Source: Kosmotogaceae bacterium UBA1373
GTDB taxonomy: Bacteria > Thermotogota > Thermotogae > Petrotogales > Kosmotogaceae
Reading direction: 5' to 3'
NCBI GenBank assembly: GCA_002305955.1
Contig: DBRH01000012.1
Span: 27,870-91,869, forward strand
DNA: 64,000 bases
How positions within the stretch are numbered: the first letter of the stretch is position 1; every line of letters begins with the position of its first letter. The notes under the pieces were generated by a model. That model saw only the letters and a list, made by a program, of their open reading frames with translations, was not told the DNA's origin and did no database searches. Made by a program: the position numbers and the translations under genes. Of this stretch, positions 51,333 through 58,380 are shown piece by piece.

Positions 51333-51941
51333 TTATTGAGGGCCCTTTTCCTGTACGGAGAGAGCCCTTTTTCTTTTCTTCCTTGAAGTCTCGACTCTGT
51401 CCAGTAGAAGGTGCAGGAAGTACCCGGTAGTCCCCGCAAGCGAAAGGAAACCTATCTCCGTATAAGAGAAGTTCCCGGCAGAAGCCCCCGATCTGGGGAG
51501 CAGAAGAGCAAGAACGATAGCGCCGTAGAGCAGCCCGGCCCATATTGTGTGAAAGAAACCCCTGTGGCTCAGTAAATCTAGAATCTTTGAGGTCACAATT
51601 CCGCAAATTATCGCCATTGAAAAGGAAATGGTCACCGCAACCGGAAGAGAGTAGATCCATGAAAGGAGGATTGGTTGAATCTTTGGTGATATAAGCGAAG
51701 AATATATAATGGATGAGACTACTCCGGCTATCATCACCTCAAGTGTACGTTTTATAAGTGCCTGTTTCGAATCGATGTCCGGCAGATCGCTCCCCAGAAT
51801 GTAGAGGAGGTAACCTGTCCCGATAATCCGACTATCGACGATAATTGGAAGTTTGGCGATCTCTATGATCAACATAGCAACGAGCATATACACCGGATAG
51901 GAGAAGAGCCCCCACGTCACGTGCGTTTTGAAGTCAGGCAT
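51333..51941 (-). CDS. DUF457 / YdjM-like membrane-bound metal-dependent hydrolase
   Basis: MPDFKTHVTWG, GSDLPDIDS and LSHRGFFHT motifs. The ATG at 51941 overlaps the upstream gene by 8 nt. The tracked start at 52022 is too early. Confidence 0.65.
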   Translation of the reverse strand: MPDFKTHVTWGLFSYPVYMLVAMLIIEIAKLPIIVDSRIIGTGYLLYILGSDLPDIDSKQALIKRTLEVMIAGVVSSIIYSSLISPKIQPILLSWIYSLPVAVTISFSMAIICGIVTSKILDLLSHRGFFHTIWAGLLYGAIVLALLLPRSGASAGNFSYTEIGFLSLAGTTGYFLHLLLDRVETSRKKRKRALSVQEKGPQ

Positions 51942-52449
51942 CGCAGATTCCCCCGAACTTCTCGCCGCTGCTGGAAACATCGACGAAGAAGAGAACATCC
52001 TTGAGAGATACACTGAGGCCACATTCGATTTCTTCCGGGACCTCCCGGTCGGTATCGACAGGCGAGAGAACCTTCCTGTTACACAACGAAAAGTTTACCC
52101 TGGAAAAACGCCTGTAGATATCGAACATCTCCTTATCGCTTATATCCAGACCCGCGGTCGCCGTAACGCCGGACATGAAAAGGTATTCTAGATCGTCGGG
52201 ATCGATATCGGCCGGTTCCTGACTCAAACCGGTTTCAACGGACGCACAGAAGAAGAGTATCTCTCTGGAAAGGTTCAGCAGGGGCGTTCCCTCGAGTTTC
52301 TCGTACATCCGGTACTTATCTATCGTATTTTCGTTGGCCAGAAGCACACGGCCGCTGTACTGGATAAGATCGCCAGCCTTGAGCTGCCTTATATTTTTGA
52401 TGGATATCGGGTAGAACATCTTCAGGGTCTGTCTGGCCGTCTCACTCAC
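51934..52449 (-). CDS. hypothetical protein with degenerate Fe-S hydro-lyase beta (Fumerase_C-like) pattern
   Basis: 171 aa. LKAGDLIQYSGRV... follows the spacing of class-I fumarase/tartrate dehydratase beta subunits, but the conserved RDxAH and GP(T)T positions are not kept. No alpha subunit is nearby. Confidence 0.45.
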   Translation of the reverse strand: MSETARQTLKMFYPISIKNIRQLKAGDLIQYSGRVLLANENTIDKYRMYEKLEGTPLLNLSREILFFCASVETGLSQEPADIDPDDLEYLFMSGVTATAGLDISDKEMFDIYRRFSRVNFSLCNRKVLSPVDTDREVPEEIECGLSVSLKDVLFFVDVSSSGEKFGGICDA

Positions 52450-53317
52450 CCCGCTTCTTCAGGGGAAAATAGTTTTCGATCTGATCTACCATACTTGCGA
52501 GGGTTCTTTCTACGCATCCACAGTAGAACTCGTACAGATGCGGCAAAGCCGGCAAGATCTCCCTGGCCCGCACCAGATCTATCTCGAAAACCGTTGCGAC
52601 GGGCCGGTCTATACGCATATCCGGGGTGACGCTGGCTATCCTGAGAGTGCCGTATTTTCTGGTGACTTCGGATCTGAAAAGCCTTGAAAGCTCCATGACC
52701 ACAGATTTATCGATGTTTCTTTCGGACTTCGGCAGACCGAAGGCAATCTTCAAAACGTTTTGAACCGGGAAGATGAAGACCTCGCCGGAAGGGAACTCCA
52801 GCCATCTCCTGTAGTTCTTGATGCAGATATCGATGAGCTCTCCGTCTATGAGTTCCGGGAGCCGGAAATACTCCTTTCCCCTCAGAGAGTCCTTCAGAAT
52901 CTCCCTCTTCAGAAGTCTCTCGTTTCCATAGTAAGAAAGGAAGTAGAGCTTTAGGGGAGTCTGAAAGATCGCTCTCTGGAATGTCAGTTCGGCATCACCG
53001 AAGAAATCCGAGAAAGCCTCCCTCATCTCTTCGGCCTCTTCCTTTCCAAACCTGTAGAGGGCACTGGCGGTTTCGAATGGAGAGGAGTTTGAAAGTCCGC
53101 AGAAGCCCCTGCCCTCGCTATCTACGAAAATCGATAGAACCGGGAAATCCCTCCTCATCGTCTGAACGACCAGAGTCATGAAATGTCCAAAGGCGTTGTC
53201 GAGCTTGTCGGAACGCTCGTTCACAAGGCTTCCGATCTCCATGAACCTTCCACTTATGCTGTTGTAAACTCTCTCAAGCCTGTTTCTGTAACTCTCCGGT
53301 CCTGCATAGTAAATCAA
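52442..53317 (-). CDS. orphan hypothetical protein (about 292 aa)
   Basis: The tracked ORF (start 53545) overlaps the VWA gene by 232 nt. A TTG at 53317 overlaps the VWA stop (TTGA) and is preceded by GGTGGTG. No family recognised. Confidence 0.5.
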   Translation of the reverse strand: MIYYAGPESYRNRLERVYNSISGRFMEIGSLVNERSDKLDNAFGHFMTLVVQTMRRDFPVLSIFVDSEGRGFCGLSNSSPFETASALYRFGKEEAEEMREAFSDFFGDAELTFQRAIFQTPLKLYFLSYYGNERLLKREILKDSLRGKEYFRLPELIDGELIDICIKNYRRWLEFPSGEVFIFPVQNVLKIAFGLPKSERNIDKSVVMELSRLFRSEVTRKYGTLRIASVTPDMRIDRPVATVFEIDLVRAREILPALPHLYEFYCGCVERTLASMVDQIENYFPLKKRGE

Positions 53318-54513
53318 CTCAGAAACACCACCGACGATTTGCCATAAATGGATCTGGCTTCCGAAGCGAAATCGGAATTGTGGCTCTTCGGAAGTACGAA
53401 CAACACCCTTCTGGCAACCGACGGGAGATCCGTATAGCCGTCGGTGAAGATTATCAACCCTTCCGGCCTCAGGTTTTCCTGTGAGTAATCTACGGCCGGT
53501 TGAAGATCGGTCTCTCCCCTGCCCACCAACTTGAGGTCTCTCCACATACCCTTGCCATACTTCATCACGCTCTGGACGGTCTCATCGACCTGTACCAGCC
53601 AGATTCTGGAATCGGTGATTCGGGTCACCGCATCTATTTCACCGAAGAAAGCGTTGAATTCGTCTTCTATGACGCTACCGCTGGTATCGACCACCACAAC
53701 CAGCTTGGCCGCGTAGTCGCTTTTCCAGCCCGGTTGATCATCGTAGCGCCTGTTCGGTCTCATAGGGGTTCTGTATCTACCCACGTAGGTCGATGAACCG
53801 AAAAACCTTCGTATCACGTTCCTCCAGTCGAGCACGGGATTGTCGAGAACCAGTTTCATTACCTCTTCCAGACCTTCAGGCATTCCCGCCCTCGCCTTTT
53901 CCAGCGTTTCGGAGACGACCTGCTTCAAAAGATCTTCGATAAATTCTTTCGGCAGTTCGAAGCTGCCAAAATCTTCGTGAGAATCCACTCTGGAGAGATT
54001 ACCCTCGAGAAGTTCGAGGTCGATGGATCTATTTTTTCTCATAAAGTCCATTGCCCACGAATGGTAGAACTCAGCCGTCTCGCCCGGGTGGGCCATGGGC
54101 GGACCGGCGAAGAATCTCTCGTTGTCGGTGCCACACCCCTCCGAAAGCAGAGAGTCCAGAGGAAGACTGAAGGCGTCCAGCTCAGGTATGTACTGATTCA
54201 CCGCCGCATCCATAGAGAGATCCCATACGACTTTCTCTCTGGACCTGTTCACGGGAATCAATATATGTCCATTCACTATGTGGAGACATTCATGTTTCAA
54301 CAGAGCCTTTGTAAAGGCCAGAGGTTTGTTGCCCAGAACGTCCGGGTTGTAGAGTAACTGAAACCTTCCTCTCGATGTCACGCGCAGCCTGACGGTTCTT
54401 GTGGCTGAGGAAGGTATTCTATCAACGAAAAGGAGCAAGAAGTTGTAGAAAGGGCTTTCCTTCCCCAGTTCAAAAACGGCACGTTCCATCAGTTCTTCAT
54501 TTTGCACTCTCAT
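53314..54513 (-). CDS. VWA-domain protein with N-terminal HExxH putative metallopeptidase domain (DUF2201-type)
   Basis: 399 aa. LLKHECLHIVNGH (HExxH) in the N-terminal half. MIDAS-like VVVVDTSGS plus FTDG in the C-terminal half. Confidence 0.75.
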   Translation of the reverse strand: MRVQNEELMERAVFELGKESPFYNFLLLFVDRIPSSATRTVRLRVTSRGRFQLLYNPDVLGNKPLAFTKALLKHECLHIVNGHILIPVNRSREKVVWDLSMDAAVNQYIPELDAFSLPLDSLLSEGCGTDNERFFAGPPMAHPGETAEFYHSWAMDFMRKNRSIDLELLEGNLSRVDSHEDFGSFELPKEFIEDLLKQVVSETLEKARAGMPEGLEEVMKLVLDNPVLDWRNVIRRFFGSSTYVGRYRTPMRPNRRYDDQPGWKSDYAAKLVVVVDTSGSVIEDEFNAFFGEIDAVTRITDSRIWLVQVDETVQSVMKYGKGMWRDLKLVGRGETDLQPAVDYSQENLRPEGLIIFTDGYTDLPSVARRVLFVLPKSHNSDFASEARSIYGKSSVVFLS

Positions 54514-55600
54514 GGCTCCCCTGAAGGAATTTCATGACGTCGTGATCCATCGCGAGCTCTTCGAGGAGATTTTCGAAGAGAGCACGCTTCAGGCCTTTTT
54601 CTCCTTCCATCTGGTGGACTATATGCCTGATGATCGAGAAGAAAGAGTCTCTCGGGATCACTCTCCCTATTTCGAGAAGGTTTCCCGCGATCCTCGGAAC
54701 CATCTGGAAGTACTCCTGAACCTGCATTTCGTCGAGCTCCGAAAGATGTCTGGTTATTCTCATGACGGAGGCGCTGATCCCGGATATGTCACTCTGGGAG
54801 ATTCTCTTCAAAATACTGTCGTCCAGTTCCATGAGCAGGGTTCTGGGAGAGGGGAGGAGCTGGTTGCCCTGTATCTTGCTCATGAAAGTTCTGGCGGCTT
54901 CTGGTCCGACAATTCCCGCGGCCAGCACGTAGCCGTACTTTTCTATCTCGTCACTTTCGAGGATACCGAAGACCCTTCCGAGTTTGTACCAGCTTCTCGG
55001 ACTTGGCCTGAGTTCCAGTCTCATCGAAACGATTGTATCCCTGGAAAGGAATTCGGGGTACTCTCCGATGAATCTGGTGACACAGTCGGGAACGTTTTGA
55101 GTTTTCGACCATCTCAGCCATTCTTCGGGATCGGGAGTCAATTCTATATGAAAGAACCTTGACATGAAGGCCGGGTCGGTTATGAGTTCAACCTGGTCGT
55201 ACTCCTCGTCTGGCGGGTTGGCGGCAGCGATTATCCAGCTGTCCTCGGGTAGAAAATGGTTGTGTATTCGCTTGTCAATGAGAAGCTGCATTATGGCGTT
55301 CCTGATAGACCTGTGGGCTCTGTTGACCTCGTCGATCATAAGTATCACGTTTCCATCGGTCGGCCACCAGTCCGGTCTCAAAAACAGCGTCCGTTCCCCG
55401 TCTCTGGAAGGCATCCCTATTAGATCTCCCGGTTCCATCTGGGAGATTACAAGTATCACCAGTTTCCTGCCGGTCTCTTCTGCTAGCTCTCTGGCAAGGT
55501 CAGTCTTGCCCACTCCGAAATGCCCCCAAAGGAGCGGTATCTCTCCGGCCTCCATGATCTTCCTGCTAAGATACTTAACGTCTTGAGCTTTCAACAACAT
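54497..55600 (-). CDS. MoxR-like AAA+ ATPase (AAA_5 type)
   Basis: 367 aa. Walker A GHFGVGKT, Walker B ILMIDEVN followed by the RA..S..N..MQLL sensor region, and a helical C-terminal extension of about 150 aa. No GAFTGA loop. Confidence 0.8.
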   Translation of the reverse strand: MLLKAQDVKYLSRKIMEAGEIPLLWGHFGVGKTDLARELAEETGRKLVILVISQMEPGDLIGMPSRDGERTLFLRPDWWPTDGNVILMIDEVNRAHRSIRNAIMQLLIDKRIHNHFLPEDSWIIAAANPPDEEYDQVELITDPAFMSRFFHIELTPDPEEWLRWSKTQNVPDCVTRFIGEYPEFLSRDTIVSMRLELRPSPRSWYKLGRVFGILESDEIEKYGYVLAAGIVGPEAARTFMSKIQGNQLLPSPRTLLMELDDSILKRISQSDISGISASVMRITRHLSELDEMQVQEYFQMVPRIAGNLLEIGRVIPRDSFFSIIRHIVHQMEGEKGLKRALFENLLEELAMDHDVMKFLQGSHESAK

Positions 55601-55617
55601 CCCTCCAAAAACCTCAT

Positions 55618-57249
55618 TCAGACAAAATTATAGCACAGTGACTTTAACGATGCCCAGATGATACCGGCCCACAACAGAAACGGTATGGCCATTCCGAAGA
55701 GCCAGGTCCACGGGTCGGCGGCTGGAAGATTCAAAAAACCCAGAAATGAGGCTATGCCACCGGTAGTGTACATAGCCAGGGGAAGCGTCGTGAAGACTGG
55801 TAGAAGAGTCGATAGAACGAACGAGATCACAGCGCCGGCAAGTGTGAGAGCCTTGAAAACGTTACTCGTATCCCTGGTACCGAAGCTCTTTTCGAGATAG
55901 CCGCCCAGCAGCGACAGCGAGAATATCGTGGGAAGCATGAAGAAGAGAAAAGTGAACATGAAATTCCTGTAAACCGAGGCTTTCGATACCACATAAAGCC
56001 CGACCAGGAATATGATGAGCGAGTAAAGAAATGTGACTATCGAGGCTTTCGATATAACCACACCGACCCTTTTCACCGGGAAGAGAAAGCCATTATCGCC
56101 CAGCTGTCTTTCGAAGGCGAAAAGTGCCGTTGAAGAGACGGTAGAATAGTTACTGAAGAGGAAGACGATCAATCCCAGTAATTGCAGTATTCCGAAACTT
56201 CTCAGGAGTGCGGGGTTGACCATAACGACCACAGGTACGAAGAGAGAGGGATACAGAAAGGCGAAAGTGAGTTTTGGCTCTCTAATCAGAAGGAGAAAAT
56301 CCTTTTTCAAGATTCCGGAGAAGGAATGCGATCGGCCACGACTAGCTCTTCTGAAGTCTTTTGTAGAACCTGTCGGCTGCGTCAGCAGCTTTTGAACGAC
56401 TCCAGGGTATAGAAAAAGCTCAAGAAATTCGAGGATCGCCACTATCGCAAGAGAGTAAAGCAAGAATAGAACCACATCGCCGATCTCTCCTACAATTGCC
56501 CTGACGAAGGGTGTCCAGGGCAGGTAAGGGGCCGTTATCACTCCCTGAAGTGTGCCAAACTGCTCTGCCACACGGTCGGGTCTGGCGAGATCTATGGCCG
56601 AGAAGTCCATGAACCTAAGTGTAAAGATGAACGTGAAGAGTGTCACCATAGTCATTATCGAGGAGAGAACTTTGAGGAATCTGCCCCTGGAGAGGAAAAC
56701 TACCGCGAAAGATATCACGCTTGTAATGCACAGGATATCTATAACGAAGACGAGGAGCAGAACCAACGCCAACCAGAACCGGGACCCGGAAAAACCCAAT
56801 CCGCTCAGGGCTGCCAGAAAGACCGGCACAAACAGCAGAACCGGCAAACCGCCGGTGGTGAGGACTTCGGAAATCTGTACCTTGGCAATGGTCGATTTCT
56901 TGACGGGCATCTGTAGTAGTAGTTTAACTCTGTTGGAAAAGAAGAGATTCGAAATGACTATGGGGAGATCGCTGCCCAGAAGGATCGAGAAGATGATCGC
57001 AGAAAAAAACGTTATGACTATCATTTTCAGATCTATGCCGGTCAGTTCCCTCAACTGATCGGACAGTCCGGCAATCCTCGAAAAGTTGGGGATGAAGTAT
57101 CTCCTCATATAGAAAATGAGCGGAACACTGACCATAACCAAAAAGATAATCGCCAGAGAAGAGACGAGTATGGTTTTCTTTCCCTGGCGGGTGACCAGTC
57201 TAGCGTTTTCTTTGCTTCTCCACTTAACTATGATAAAGAAATCTTTCAT
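55618..57249 (-). CDS. polytopic membrane protein (about 12 TM), family not securely recognised
   Basis: 543 aa, almost entirely hydrophobic segments in two halves. It resembles permease-only exporter-like proteins, but no ABC ATPase is adjacent. The RBS is weak. Confidence 0.65.
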   Translation of the reverse strand: MKDFFIIVKWRSKENARLVTRQGKKTILVSSLAIIFLVMVSVPLIFYMRRYFIPNFSRIAGLSDQLRELTGIDLKMIVITFFSAIIFSILLGSDLPIVISNLFFSNRVKLLLQMPVKKSTIAKVQISEVLTTGGLPVLLFVPVFLAALSGLGFSGSRFWLALVLLLVFVIDILCITSVISFAVVFLSRGRFLKVLSSIMTMVTLFTFIFTLRFMDFSAIDLARPDRVAEQFGTLQGVITAPYLPWTPFVRAIVGEIGDVVLFLLYSLAIVAILEFLELFLYPGVVQKLLTQPTGSTKDFRRASRGRSHSFSGILKKDFLLLIREPKLTFAFLYPSLFVPVVVMVNPALLRSFGILQLLGLIVFLFSNYSTVSSTALFAFERQLGDNGFLFPVKRVGVVISKASIVTFLYSLIIFLVGLYVVSKASVYRNFMFTFLFFMLPTIFSLSLLGGYLEKSFGTRDTSNVFKALTLAGAVISFVLSTLLPVFTTLPLAMYTTGGIASFLGFLNLPAADPWTWLFGMAIPFLLWAGIIWASLKSLCYNFV

Positions 57250-57699
57250 AACTATATTCTGCCATAAATAGGCTCAGCATTTATTTATTGTTCTCAAAAT
57301 TAGTATCGCTCTATGAACTGTTGTGGGTTGTGGGTAAGAGCGAAAATGGTGACTGACGTGCTCCTGGCGTCTGTTGTACCCGATTTTCGGCATCTCTCTC
57401 CTCTTCTCGCACTCCTTAACCAAGAACCTGGACACGCAGCATCGTCGAACAACAGTTCTTTCGCTCTTTCGAAGGATGCCGGATCGGAGTCCGGCATGAC
57501 GGGAAGGGACTATAATCCCGTGAATGCCCAAGCACTGTCATCCCGTAATAGCCTGCCCTGAAATGATCCTATTCAGGGTTCTAATACGGGGGTCTCGCCC
57601 TTCCGTTCTTTCTAAGGACGGGTCCATGATCTGGGACGAAGAACCAAGGACGGCCCCTAACGTGCGGATCATCTCGTGTCTTTTTCTTGAACAAAGGCT
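57250..57699. other. 450-bp noncoding, helix-rich region (candidate structured RNA; strand unresolved, + favoured)
   Basis: No credible ORF or RBS. Hairpins at 57475-57498, 57499-57521 and 57556-57578 (the last enclosed by 57542-57547/57585-57590). Two 10-bp long-range complements: 57315-57324/57449-57458 and 57336-57345/57459-57468. Confidence 0.45.
57600..57623 (-). repeat. 24-nt repeat, inverted copy of 60099-60122 (21/24 identical)
   Basis: Minus strand ACCCGTCCTTAGAAAGAACGGAAG versus plus strand AGCCGTCCTTGGAAAGAACAGAAG at 60099-60122. Confidence 0.7.
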
Positions 57700-58380
57700 T
57701 TACTCGAGCAGTCCGTAAGCTTCATCGACCAGCTGAGTGAAGATGATTCCTTTACCCGGCTCGTCTATTCTGAGAGTCTCTCTTATATTGGCTATGATCT
57801 TTTGAGTTGTGTCTCTCTTTGAAACGATCATAACAATTTCCTTCTCAGGCTCTATTTCCATCGCGAATAACTTGCTTCTTTCGTGAATTCCGGAACCTCT
57901 TGCGTTTACTATCGTTCCACCCTTAGATCCCGCCTCAGTGGCAGCGTCGATAACTTTTTCAGCATTTCCTTTGTCAACTATTACGGTAATCAAGTGACGC
58001 ATTGTCTTTTCTTCACCTCTTTCTTTTTCGGGCAAGGAGAGCTCAAGCTCTCTTGACCCTTCCACGTCGCAGATGCCAGTAGTGAAAGCAATTCCGTGAT
58101 TAGGCCGGTCGAATCTCATTTCGTTATTGAGAGCTTCGAGTGCTGTCTGCGCTGTTTCACCGTCAGCAACCATCATAACGATTTCCTTTCGGCTCTCGTA
58201 AAATGCGAAAAAGTTCAGTGTCCCATTTCTGATGGTACCTCTCCCCAGAAGTATCGTGCCACCGCTTATCCCTTTTTCCTTTGCTATTCGAAGAACATCG
58301 CTTCCCCGGCCGAAGTTCACAACTACGTATATGAGTCTGAAAACATTACGATTCTCGAGAGTCGTCACTGGATTCAACAC
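57700..58380 (-). CDS. tandem P-II-like (GlnB-fold) signal-transduction protein
   Basis: 226 aa with two repeats of about 105 aa (IYVVVNFGRGSDVL...GGTILLGRGT and ITVIVDKGNAEKVI...GGTIVNARGSG). Start uncertain (35-nt overlap with the upstream gene). Confidence 0.7.
   Translation of the reverse strand: MLNPVTTLENRNVFRLIYVVVNFGRGSDVLRIAKEKGISGGTILLGRGTIRNGTLNFFAFYESRKEIVMMVADGETAQTALEALNNEMRFDRPNHGIAFTTGICDVEGSRELELSLPEKERGEEKTMRHLITVIVDKGNAEKVIDAATEAGSKGGTIVNARGSGIHERSKLFAMEIEPEKEIVMIVSKRDTTQKIIANIRETLRIDEPGKGIIFTQLVDEAYGLLE

Noticed and set aside
51934-52449. Calling this gene a functional fumarate hydratase / tartrate dehydratase beta subunit.
   Set aside because: The catalytic motifs are not conserved and no alpha subunit is adjacent. 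Only fold-level resemblance is claimed.
53318-53545. Upstream extension of the orphan ORF (tracked start 53545).
   Set aside because: It overlaps the well-supported VWA gene in another frame. The extension is Gly/Arg-rich and lacks an RBS.
57332-57342. GGGTAAGAGCG resembles the RNase P RNA block GGTAAGAGCGCACC. I also considered tmRNA, SRP RNA and M-box/TPP riboswitches for 57250-57700.
   Set aside because: The other universal RNase P blocks (GAGGAAAGTCCGGGC, ACAGAACCCGGCTTA) are absent on either strand. There is no tmRNA tag reading frame or tRNA-like 3' end, and no SRP GGAA-tetraloop domain IV motif. The M-box and TPP resemblances were limited to 8-14 nt.
57274-57718. Four small ORFs (64-85 aa) on both strands of the 57.25-57.70 kb gap.
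   Set aside because: They have no Shine-Dalgarno sequence, they overlap one another, and their composition does not look protein-like. The region is better explained as noncoding RNA or regulatory DNA.
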